A stretch of 64,000 nucleotides of DNA from Candidatus Woesebacteria bacterium (GTDB lineage: Bacteria > Patescibacteriota > Microgenomatia > UBA8517): contig JAGUYM010000011.1 in assembly GCA_020061305.1 (NCBI GenBank), positions 2,996 to 66,995 of the forward strand. The letters run 5' to 3'. The notes below the pieces were generated by a model that did not search any database, was not told the origin of the DNA, and saw nothing but the letters and a program-made list of their open reading frames with translations. Positions within the stretch are counted from its first letter, which is position 1. Every line of letters begins with the position of its first letter. This document shows, in pieces, positions 39,978 to 48,705 of this stretch. Made by a program: the position numbers and the translations under genes.

Positions 39978-40342
39978 TTTTTACTTAAAATATTAATTAA
40001 TGCATTTATTGACATTGACAAATATTCATATTTTTGTCTTAACATCAAATACTTTTCATTACTAATATAACCTAAGTCTTTCGAAACTAACAGATGATAA
40101 ATTACTTCTCCTGAAGAACCACGAGATGTATATAAAAATTGAACCAATTCTTTGGTTGTATGACGATAAAAACCTTCTAGGATATTAGTAGGTATTGATA
40201 GAGCCGACCTTCGAATTTGTGAAATAAGTCCAAACAATTCTTCTTTTGGAAATTTTTTAGTTATTGTATAAATTTCCATAGCAAGTTTATGTGACCCTTG
40301 CCATATCTTTAAATCTTCAAATTTAGTTATTTGTTTTTTCAT
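39974..40342 (-). CDS. Four-helix-bundle protein of the Avd / 23S rRNA intervening-sequence protein family (TIGR02436-like)
   Basis: 122 aa. FEDLKIWQ...A..IY..TKKFPKEELFGLISQIRRSALSIPTNILEG matches the family consensus well. Confidence 0.75.
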   Translation of the reverse strand: MKKQITKFEDLKIWQGSHKLAMEIYTITKKFPKEELFGLISQIRRSALSIPTNILEGFYRHTTKELVQFLYTSRGSSGEVIYHLLVSKDLGYISNEKYLMLRQKYEYLSMSINALINILSKK

Positions 40343-40354
40343 TTGTTTTTGTTC

Positions 40355-40392
40355 TCACTAATCACAAGTCACTAATCACTATTGTTGTTCAC
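40355..40392. repeat. TCACNNN heptamer array (copy A): TCACTAA TCACAAG TCACTAA TCACTAT ... TTCACTG
   Basis: It lies in the 46-bp gap between the four-helix-bundle gene start and the end of the GT39-like gene. It is the reverse complement of the copy at 39938..39966, identical at 21 of 24 positions (three pyrimidine transitions). Confidence 0.8.
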
Positions 40393-41966
40393 TGCGCATG
40401 TCCTGTAACAATGTAGAATGCATCTGTTTTATTTGGGTATTTGATCTGTTTTACTACATCAAATTGCTGCGCGAATCTAAGCCCCGTATAATAACTTGGT
40501 GTTATGACATATAATATTCCCTCGCTAGGATAGCTGTCTATAATATTCCAGCTTCCAAATTGATATCGACCAAAAGACAAAATGGTGTTAAAACTTTTTG
40601 AATTTGATCTGTCATATTTGACAGTTTTAAGTAACTCAGGAAGTGCTACTTTTTGATAATATAAAAAGTATATATACGGCTGCTGTCTGATATTATCAAC
40701 ATACATTTTTTGAAAATTGTCATTATCTTTTGCATATTCAACAATTTCTTTCATTCCATATTGCCATTCAATAGCCTCTTTAACGGGGTAAACTTTCGAA
40801 TAATAATTTAAATAATATATTACCTCTTTACCTAAATATACTAAAATTAAAATTGCAACAAGTATTTGAACTATTTTATACTTAAATGTTTGGATTAATG
40901 CTGATGCTCCAAAAGCAGATAATAAAATGATGGGGCCTATCATAAATATACCTCTGATTGCACTTGGGTCGATTGATGACACTGAGCTTGGAATTGGTGA
41001 GAGAAACAACCACAATAAAATAACTGATAATGCTTGCCACTTTTTTCTTAATATAAGTGCAAGTAAACCAACCATCAGTAAAATTAAATCTATTTTATAA
41101 AATTGCCCCACAACCTTAACTGATGCTCTTGGTCCTTGATCTCCACTTACAAATAAATATTGATAATTAAAATGTTTTATATAATTAGAGGCAATAAGTT
41201 TTAATTTTCCACCTGCATTTTTAATTTGTTCGTCAGAAAATTTTGTCTGATTTATTCGTGCAAAACCTAAAATTCTAGTATCTTTTATAATTAATATTCC
41301 AAAAAATAATATGATTAGTACCGAAAATGTCAGCGCAACTCTTTTTTGCAATAGAGACTTAATATTTAAGATACAAACCAATATTACAACAATTGGGACA
41401 ACAACTTTGGCAGAGTGATATGAGAAAAAGGATAATCCAAAAGACAAAAATGATATTGGCAACAAATAATTTTTGTTTAGTAAACCAACATAGAATGTAG
41501 ATAACCCCGTAACCAAAAAAAACAATGCAAAGTTATTCTCCCAAAGTCCTCTGGAAAAATGAATATGATATGGAGAAACAGCCAAAAAAAGTGATGCAAG
41601 TAGTCCTGCCAAATCGCTTTTGAATAATTCACGGGCTAAGAAAAAAAATGCAAATACAGATAATGTTCCAATCACTGCACTGACCGATCGAATATTAAAA
41701 TCGGACAGTCCAAATATTTTTACTATTACAGCAGTTAAATAAATGTGAACAGGATGTTTGTCATCACCAAAAGAGGTAAAAGTAATTGGAAATTTATTTC
41801 CATATTCATCTGCTCCCCAATTTGCAATTGTATATGCATTATACCCTGCCGCCACTTCATCCCAATTTAATGAGGCTGGAATTTGGTCAAGTTTGTAAAA
41901 TCTTAAAAAACCTGCCAGTATTACAATCAAGAATAATGTAATATATATTAGTTTGTCTTTCCACAT
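40389..41966 (-). CDS. GT-C polytopic membrane glycosyltransferase, GT39/ArnT-like (tandem paralog 1 of 4)
   Basis: The N-terminal loop SLNWDEVAAGYNAYTIANWGADEYGNKFPITF is shared with the three downstream paralogs. It has about 11 TM helices. Confidence 0.6.
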   Translation of the reverse strand: MWKDKLIYITLFLIVILAGFLRFYKLDQIPASLNWDEVAAGYNAYTIANWGADEYGNKFPITFTSFGDDKHPVHIYLTAVIVKIFGLSDFNIRSVSAVIGTLSVFAFFFLARELFKSDLAGLLASLFLAVSPYHIHFSRGLWENNFALFFLVTGLSTFYVGLLNKNYLLPISFLSFGLSFFSYHSAKVVVPIVVILVCILNIKSLLQKRVALTFSVLIILFFGILIIKDTRILGFARINQTKFSDEQIKNAGGKLKLIASNYIKHFNYQYLFVSGDQGPRASVKVVGQFYKIDLILLMVGLLALILRKKWQALSVILLWLFLSPIPSSVSSIDPSAIRGIFMIGPIILLSAFGASALIQTFKYKIVQILVAILILVYLGKEVIYYLNYYSKVYPVKEAIEWQYGMKEIVEYAKDNDNFQKMYVDNIRQQPYIYFLYYQKVALPELLKTVKYDRSNSKSFNTILSFGRYQFGSWNIIDSYPSEGILYVITPSYYTGLRFAQQFDVVKQIKYPNKTDAFYIVTGHAQ

Positions 41967-43345
41967 ATTTTTTCAAAAGTATAATTACCAAACGATTTGA
42001 CAGTTGAGAAACCCCAGTCAGAAACAGGATTTAGTTGTCTTGTCTTGATAAACTCATTTGGATCTATTTTTTGGTAGAACAAGGCAAATATATAAGGTTG
42101 GGCAAATTTATCACTAACACATCCTTCTTTTTGTTTTTCAAATATTTCTTTGTATTCATATTGCCATGCACTTGAAGACAACTTGTTGTATTCAGTTCCA
42201 AATTTATAAAAATAATTTTCAAATGAAAGTGCATAAATAAGGATTATCCCTGTCAATATCCAAGCCCTACCTTTTTTGAAGAGAGTAGAAAAAAAGTAAA
42301 TTCCCATTGCAGAAACAACTGATAAAATTGGGCTCATTAAAATTGATCGAAGTGCATGTGGATTTTCGCGAGTTAAAGCAGCTGGAATTGGTGCCAACGT
42401 AATAAGAATTAAGATTGGCCAATATTTTGAATTTTTCAAAATATAAATTATTCCAATCACTAAAAACAAAACATCAACGTAATATAATTGCCCAATATTA
42501 GGTATCTGGCTTCTCGGATTTGTATCTCCCGTCTTAATTAAAAAATCGTATGAAAAGTTTTTAAAGTAATTATTTACAATATTTTTTGTATCACCAACTG
42601 TTTGGAATCTACCTAGTCCTGAATCCAGTTTATATAATTTATATATGGGAATAATGCTACCAATCAATAAAATTATTGAAATTGTAACCACAACAAATTG
42701 TTTTTTTGTTAAAAAATAAAATAAAATTGGCCCTAAAATAAACGGTGTTAATATCCTAAAACTATTATAACTGTAAATAGATAGAATAAATAAAATCGTC
42801 GAACCAACAATTAGCCATTTGTTTCTTTGACTATACAAAATTAAATATATTGCCCATATAAAAAATGCTAGACCTGCTACTGCCTCATGCCCTGTTCTTG
42901 AAAAAACATAAAACCATGGGGTTATTGAAAACAAGAATGAAGAAAAAAGAGATAATAATTTCTGGTTAGTCAATTTGAAAACTACGAAATACAAACCAAG
43001 AATTGATAACAATCCGTACAATACTGCGGGCAGACGGACAGCCAGCGTAGATAATCCAAACACAGACTCTGTAACAAGTACAGAGTATATATATACAGGC
43101 AACTTAAATTCGCCAAAAGCTCTAAAATGCAAAGGCAATGTTTCTCCCCATTCATCTTTACCTGTTGTTAGTACAGAGTAGGCATTATAACCAATTGAGG
43201 CTTCATCCCAATAAACTGATGATGGTATTGAATCAATTTTATAAAGTCTGGTTATTAAAAATAACAAACAGATTAATAACAAAAAGAAGTTGATTTTTAC
43301 AAAATTAACACTAATTTTCAACAATTTCAAAAGCTGGATCGCCAT
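41948..43345 (-). CDS. GT-C polytopic membrane glycosyltransferase, GT39/ArnT-like (tandem paralog 2 of 4)
   Basis: Carries the shared loop SVYWDEASIGYNAYSVLTTGKDEWGETLPLHF. Confidence 0.6.
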   Translation of the reverse strand: MAIQLLKLLKISVNFVKINFFLLLICLLFLITRLYKIDSIPSSVYWDEASIGYNAYSVLTTGKDEWGETLPLHFRAFGEFKLPVYIYSVLVTESVFGLSTLAVRLPAVLYGLLSILGLYFVVFKLTNQKLLSLFSSFLFSITPWFYVFSRTGHEAVAGLAFFIWAIYLILYSQRNKWLIVGSTILFILSIYSYNSFRILTPFILGPILFYFLTKKQFVVVTISIILLIGSIIPIYKLYKLDSGLGRFQTVGDTKNIVNNYFKNFSYDFLIKTGDTNPRSQIPNIGQLYYVDVLFLVIGIIYILKNSKYWPILILITLAPIPAALTRENPHALRSILMSPILSVVSAMGIYFFSTLFKKGRAWILTGIILIYALSFENYFYKFGTEYNKLSSSAWQYEYKEIFEKQKEGCVSDKFAQPYIFALFYQKIDPNEFIKTRQLNPVSDWGFSTVKSFGNYTFEKICGKTN

Positions 43346-44972
43346 TAAGGAAATTTATCCTTTCTAATACTTCTTTATATTCTGGGAAGTCTCCCTTTTT
43401 ACCAATAAATAATATTTTTTTGTTTGGATTTGCTTTTACTATATCATCATATCTTGTTCCTTCATCTCTCAAATCTGGGAAATAATACTTATCAAATCTT
43501 AATACTCTAACCCAGTCAAAAGTTTCAAATCTCTCTAAATTATTTAGAGATTGAAATTTTGTAGGATCATATTGCAAATTAAAAAGTGTAAAAATATGTG
43601 GTTCACCATAATGTCTAGTGAAAACAACCAAATCATATTTGTCTTGATTGTTTTTAATGTACTCAACTGCTTGTTTGTTACCATACTGCCAATCTCGAGA
43701 ATATTTAATTGGATAATTAGTAAAATAATTAATTAAATAAATATAAAAATTAATTATGAATAACACTAAAACAAATAGTATTACCTTGATCTTAGATCTT
43801 GGATCTTTGATCATAGACAGAACTTCAAACAAACCAATTGCGGTAAATATTTGATAAACAGGAACTGCAATTAAAGTACGAAGTGCATTTGGGATGCTGT
43901 CGTTTGTCATGGAAACGGGAATAAATGCAATTAATAGCCATGGAATAAGAATTTTTAAAGAACCATGTTTTCTTTTAATTAAAAAATTTAAACCGTACAA
44001 CAAAAATGGCAACTGAATCCAATATAATTCCCCAATCCCTTGTACATGATGTTGTCTGTGCCCTGCACCATTAATAAATAAAAAGTTAGGAGTAAAATGA
44101 GCAACATAATTTTTACTAAAGTAAAAGGTATTATATGTGTATCTATTGTGAATTAATCTTGTCAAGAGTGGTGGCAATTTAGATAAGTTTCTTCTTTCTT
44201 CAATTCTAGGTATTAACCCCTTGTCATCTGTAATACTTACTAATTTATATCTAGCTACAGCACCGCCAGAAAAAACAAAGGGCACAATCGGCAAGACTAA
44301 AACAACAAAGGCTAAAAAGCTAAATGCTAAATATCTAAAATTCTTTAGCAAAAACTTAATATTAAGAAGATAAACAACAAACAAAAAGAGAGGTGTAAAC
44401 ACCCTTGCGGTATTGTATGTGTAAACCGATATTACAAATGGTATCATCGATACAATAAGCAGCTTGGGCTTATTGTTAAACCCTCTAATCAGGAACCAAG
44501 ACCCCATTACAAACCAAAAAAGTGAAAATGAAGATTCAAAAGAAGCTCGGGTAAGTTGAATGTGCCAAGGAGAAACAGCAAGCATAAAGGCAGTGATTAG
44601 TGAATAGTGATTAGTGAATAGTGACTTTGCAAACAATTCTCTGGTTAAAAAATAAAGTAGTAAAACTGTTAGTGTCCCATAAACAACCGGCGTTATCCTA
44701 ACACCAAATTCATTTAATCCAAATATGGCAATTGCAGGAATTGAAGCATAGATTTGAGTAGGTAATTTATACTCACCAAATGATTTAAAATGAACCGGCA
44801 TAAACTCGCCCCATTCGTCTTTTCCAGTTTTCATTATTGAATATGCATTGTAACCAATAGAAGTCTCATCCCAATTTAAAGATGGTGGAATTGTCGTTAC
44901 TTTAAAAATTCTTAAAGCAAATGCAAGGACTAATATTAATATCAACCAATAATTATAATTATTTTTTAACAT
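43311..44972 (-). CDS. GT-C polytopic membrane glycosyltransferase, GT39/ArnT-like (tandem paralog 3 of 4)
   Basis: Carries the shared loop SLNWDETSIGYNAYSIMKTGKDEWGEFMPVHF. It contains a TCAC-heptamer array. Confidence 0.6.
   Translation of the reverse strand: MLKNNYNYWLILILVLAFALRIFKVTTIPPSLNWDETSIGYNAYSIMKTGKDEWGEFMPVHFKSFGEYKLPTQIYASIPAIAIFGLNEFGVRITPVVYGTLTVLLLYFLTRELFAKSLFTNHYSLITAFMLAVSPWHIQLTRASFESSFSLFWFVMGSWFLIRGFNNKPKLLIVSMIPFVISVYTYNTARVFTPLFLFVVYLLNIKFLLKNFRYLAFSFLAFVVLVLPIVPFVFSGGAVARYKLVSITDDKGLIPRIEERRNLSKLPPLLTRLIHNRYTYNTFYFSKNYVAHFTPNFLFINGAGHRQHHVQGIGELYWIQLPFLLYGLNFLIKRKHGSLKILIPWLLIAFIPVSMTNDSIPNALRTLIAVPVYQIFTAIGLFEVLSMIKDPRSKIKVILFVLVLFIINFYIYLINYFTNYPIKYSRDWQYGNKQAVEYIKNNQDKYDLVVFTRHYGEPHIFTLFNLQYDPTKFQSLNNLERFETFDWVRVLRFDKYYFPDLRDEGTRYDDIVKANPNKKILFIGKKGDFPEYKEVLERINFLNGDPAFEIVEN
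44593..44625. repeat. TCACNNN heptamer array (copy E): perfect (gtgattagtgaata) x2 plus gtgac
   Basis: It lies inside the GT39-like CDS 43311..44972 and encodes SLFTNHYSLIT. Confidence 0.8.
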
Positions 44973-46422
44973 CTGTTATTGTAATATTGCCATATACTTT
45001 AGGAAAAGTACCATATTGTGATTGTACTAATTGAGGATCGATTTTTGCATATACTGGATAGGCATATTCAATATTGTCAATATTAGTTGAGAGAACAACC
45101 TTTTTATCTTTTGGTTTACTGATTGCTTCAATTGATTTTTTCTTCGCCTCCTCCGACCAAAAAGATCCAAACTTATTAGGAGCAAAATAATAAATCGTTA
45201 TCAAAACATGGATCAACTGAACAATTATTAAACTAACAAATATTAACTTTGCTTTTTTTGGAATACTAGATAGAGCATATGCAGATATTAAAATAAAAGG
45301 CGGTAACATTAAATTATTTCTAAGCGCATGGGTTTGACCAAGAAACATAGTTGCAAGTGGGGTAATTAGAATCCAACAAATGATTAATGTTAAATACTTT
45401 TTGTTATTATTTGCCAAAAAGTATAAACCAACAAATAATAGCCCCATTTCAGCCAAATATAACATGCCCCATTCAGCAGGATTTGCTCTAGGATTTCTGT
45501 CGCCTCGCAAAAATAAAAACTGGGGGGACAAATTTTCAATATAATTTTCGAAAAGTATTCTTGAATATAATAGCGGCCGATTATAAATGTATGGCTTGAT
45601 TGCTTCGGGTAGTGTCGAAAGTGTGCGTTTCTCATTAACTTTTTGTATCACTTCTTCCCTCAGCTGTGCATCTGATAAAACATTTAATCTTAAAAATCTT
45701 TCCTCCGATGTCCCTTTAAAACTTTCGTTCAATGAAAATAAAGCAAACAGAGACAATATTAAAAGTGACAATTTAAATTGATTGTCTTTAAACATTTCTT
45801 TAATTCCAGAAGTTATCGCCAAAATTGGAAATAGTAGCGGTAGTGTTAACTTAAATGTTGGATATGTAAAAATTGTCAAACCAAAAAAAACAGCCATTGG
45901 TATATATTTCTTGTACAAAAACGAAACTACGCCCAAGAGTGATAAAAATAATGCAAGATGAGCTTCAAATCCTGCCCGAGATAAATATATATCCCACAGT
46001 GAAATTGAAGTTAAAAAACTTGCCCATAAACCGACATTATTATCAAAGAGCTTTTTTCCGATAAAATACATAATCAATACTATTCCCATTCCAGATAGGA
46101 ATGATAATCCCCTAACTCCCCATTCAGTTGGTCCAAATAGCGCAACAAACGGTATGCTACCGTAAACATACCCCGCGGGCCTGCCTGCACCCATTTTAAA
46201 AGTTATAGGCAGTCTTTCACCTGTTTGATCCATTCCGGTTTTCAATAATGAATATGAATCGTACACAATAGTTAATTCATCCCCATACATTGGAAGTGAA
46301 GTTATTTTATATACTCTTAAGAAGAATCCTAATATTAATATTCCAATTAGTATATAATTTGAGTATGGAAGTTTTGCTGATGGGATCAATTTTTGGATTT
46401 TCTCTCGCAACATTAATTTCAT
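44959..46422 (-). CDS. GT-C polytopic membrane glycosyltransferase, GT39/ArnT-like (tandem paralog 4 of 4, more divergent)
   Basis: Carries a divergent version of the loop: YGDELTIVYDSYSLLKTGMDQTGERLPITF. Confidence 0.55.
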   Translation of the reverse strand: MKLMLREKIQKLIPSAKLPYSNYILIGILILGFFLRVYKITSLPMYGDELTIVYDSYSLLKTGMDQTGERLPITFKMGAGRPAGYVYGSIPFVALFGPTEWGVRGLSFLSGMGIVLIMYFIGKKLFDNNVGLWASFLTSISLWDIYLSRAGFEAHLALFLSLLGVVSFLYKKYIPMAVFFGLTIFTYPTFKLTLPLLFPILAITSGIKEMFKDNQFKLSLLILSLFALFSLNESFKGTSEERFLRLNVLSDAQLREEVIQKVNEKRTLSTLPEAIKPYIYNRPLLYSRILFENYIENLSPQFLFLRGDRNPRANPAEWGMLYLAEMGLLFVGLYFLANNNKKYLTLIICWILITPLATMFLGQTHALRNNLMLPPFILISAYALSSIPKKAKLIFVSLIIVQLIHVLITIYYFAPNKFGSFWSEEAKKKSIEAISKPKDKKVVLSTNIDNIEYAYPVYAKIDPQLVQSQYGTFPKVYGNITITDVKK

Positions 46423-48152
46423 ATATCTTAATTGTACTAAATATTCCTTATTTAATCATTCCTGTTTTACTTACATCTTTAATCTTAAATCTTAAATCAA
46501 TAATCAAAGTAATAAAAACAGTTAAAATCAAGCTCGACATTCGTCTATTGGTGATATTTATAGTATTCACTCTCGGCATTGTTGGTCAATTATTAGTCGT
46601 CTCTCCTAGCGGTACTTACAAATCAGGGGATCTTTTATTCTGGAGTGCACATGGCCACGATGGATCATGGCATATAGCTCTAATGGAAGAAATTAAAAAG
46701 GGATATCCGTTCCAAAACCCAATCTTTGCGGGTGAAAAACTGATAAACTACCATTTTTTCTCTGATATTTTGCCTGCGGTAATTAGTAAATATACACCGC
46801 TATCTAACGAAAATTTATACTTTAGAATTTTTCCATTTTTTTATTCTTTATTTTTGGGTACATCAGTTTACTTTCTAACTAAAAAAATAACTAGTAATTT
46901 TAGTGCCAGTATTTGGGCAGTTATTTTTACTTATTTTACAGGAAGCTTTGGTTATTTAATAGGCAAAGGTGAGAGTGTCTTTTGGGCTACACAAATTCAA
47001 AGCTCAAGTGGCAACCCACCTCAAATAATTTCAAACTTTTTATTTTTAACTGCAATATATTTTGTTTTAAAAAAACGTTTTTTTATTTCACTTATTCTTA
47101 TTGGTACCATCTCAGCATTTAAAATATATGCAGGAGTAATACTACTTGGAACTCTTTCAATTATCGGTATCTGGAACTTAATATTCAAAAAAGATATGTG
47201 GCTATTTTTACTTTCTTTATTTTCAGGAATAATTGCGCTAGCACTTTATCTACCCAATTCTTCCAATTCTTCTTCTTTTCTAATATTTGAGCCTTGGTGG
47301 TATATCAGAACAATGATTGTAGAGCCTTCAAGATTAAATTTATTAGATTGGGAACTTCGCCGTCAAACTTATATTTATGAGCATAATTGGAAAAGAGTTA
47401 TTTGGCTTGAGGGAATGGGTTTTTTAATATTTTTCTTTGGAAATTTAGGAATGAGATTTTTGGGGTTATGGGAATTTGTCAAAACTAACGCTATTTTTAA
47501 AATATCAATTTTATTATCCCTAGTCTTTCCACTTCTCTTTCTACAAAAAGGGGTTGCCAGTAATACGGCTCAATTTTTGCAATACTTTTTGTTACTTTTT
47601 GGAATTTTAGCTGGAATTGCAGTTTCCAAAATTCCAAAAACTTTATCTTCATTCCTCTTTCCTCTTATCTTTCTTTTGATGATCCCAACACAAATTGATT
47701 TACTTCGAAATTTTTACCAAAGACCAGCATTTGCAAAAATTAGTTCTCAAGAGCTAGAAGCTTTGAATTTTATTAAAAACAACACGGATGAAAACGCAGT
47801 AATTCTAACACCCCCATATAATCAACATTTAGATCAAAAACAAGTTACACCAAATATTTGGGATTGGTTTGATACATCGTATGTTTCAGCATTTTCATCA
47901 AGAAGAACTTATTTTGATGACTATGAACAAGTTGACATAATGGGCTATGATTATAAACCTAGATTAAAAATAAAGGAAACAATTTTTAATAGTAGAGAAA
48001 TTGAAGAAGTTAAAGGGGCCCTAAAATCAACAAATGCAGATATTTTATATTACCCCAAAGAGACAGCTCCTAAAGTTAATCTAAATGAACATGAACTTGG
48101 GCTAACAAAAATATACGAAAACTCTAATCTAGAAGTTTGGAAAGTAAATTGA
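46290..48152 (+). CDS. Polytopic membrane protein, paralog of 62015..63718 (GHDG-WH...NP-FAGE family); probable GT-C-like
   Basis: Shares the motif WSAHGHDGSWHIALMEE...QNPIFAGEKLINYH with 62015..63718. The annotated start overlaps the divergent gene 44959..46422, so the real start is probably downstream: ATG at 46365 or 46380, or a TTG/GTG near 46545. Confidence 0.45.
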   Translation: MEVKLFYILLRRILILIFQLVYNLSMEVLLMGSIFGFSLATLISYILIVLNIPYLIIPVLLTSLILNLKSIIKVIKTVKIKLDIRLLVIFIVFTLGIVGQLLVVSPSGTYKSGDLLFWSAHGHDGSWHIALMEEIKKGYPFQNPIFAGEKLINYHFFSDILPAVISKYTPLSNENLYFRIFPFFYSLFLGTSVYFLTKKITSNFSASIWAVIFTYFTGSFGYLIGKGESVFWATQIQSSSGNPPQIISNFLFLTAIYFVLKKRFFISLILIGTISAFKIYAGVILLGTLSIIGIWNLIFKKDMWLFLLSLFSGIIALALYLPNSSNSSSFLIFEPWWYIRTMIVEPSRLNLLDWELRRQTYIYEHNWKRVIWLEGMGFLIFFFGNLGMRFLGLWEFVKTNAIFKISILLSLVFPLLFLQKGVASNTAQFLQYFLLLFGILAGIAVSKIPKTLSSFLFPLIFLLMIPTQIDLLRNFYQRPAFAKISSQELEALNFIKNNTDENAVILTPPYNQHLDQKQVTPNIWDWFDTSYVSAFSSRRTYFDDYEQVDIMGYDYKPRLKIKETIFNSREIEEVKGALKSTNADILYYPKETAPKVNLNEHELGLTKIYENSNLEVWKVN

Positions 48153-48705
48153 GATAGACCAATTTAACCGTTTTTAATCTACTTTCTGGTTTATGGAAAG
48201 TTACAATAGGAGCTCCACCTAGGTGTTTTTCATCATCATATATGTATTCAACTATTTCATCTGTTGGTTCGGTCAAAAAGACTTCAATTATTTCGTCTTG
48301 TTTAGCGTCAGGCGATGCTAAATTAAAATAATACTTTTTGTTTTGAGAGTCAATAATTGGTTCAAAAACTATTTTTATAAAATCTCCATCTCCAATATTA
48401 AAACCGTTCAAATTTACTGTTCTAATTAAATTATTATCCTGATCATATAAATTAAATACAATATCTTTTTTATTTTTTAAATTTGGGTTTTTAATAGTTG
48501 TTCCAATTGCTGTTAAATTTTTATTTTTTGAGACAAAATATTGAGTAAATGTTCTTTCCCCATAGACTGAAACACTTCCCCCGCTCCCATATCCCGGCTG
48601 GTCATTTGCAGGGATCATTTTTATTAAACTTGCGAGTATTGCTGGGACTATTAACAATACAAATAAAATAAAGGTGGTTGTAAAAACTACAAGTTTGTTA
48701 TTCAT
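48124..48705 (-). CDS. Small membrane-anchored protein of unknown function
   Basis: 193 aa. It has an N-terminal TM/signal anchor and then a Gly/Ser-rich hydrophilic domain. Confidence 0.4.
   Translation of the reverse strand: MNNKLVVFTTTFILFVLLIVPAILASLIKMIPANDQPGYGSGGSVSVYGERTFTQYFVSKNKNLTAIGTTIKNPNLKNKKDIVFNLYDQDNNLIRTVNLNGFNIGDGDFIKIVFEPIIDSQNKKYYFNLASPDAKQDEIIEVFLTEPTDEIVEYIYDDEKHLGGAPIVTFHKPESRLKTVKLVYLNLLSKLLD

Noticed and set aside
39974-40342. A diversity-generating retroelement (DGR) centred on the Avd-like gene
   Set aside because: No reverse transcriptase ORF (YxDD motif, about 300-400 aa) exists anywhere in the window. No template/variable repeat pair of 100 bp or more is visible. 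The nearby repeats are 24-38 bp heptamer arrays, not an adenine-mutagenised TR/VR pair.
39220-44625. A CRISPR array made of the TCAC repeats or the heptamer tandem repeats
   Set aside because: The units are 7 nt with no spacers of unique sequence. The arrays are 25-40 bp long and lie mostly inside CDSs. There are no cas genes.
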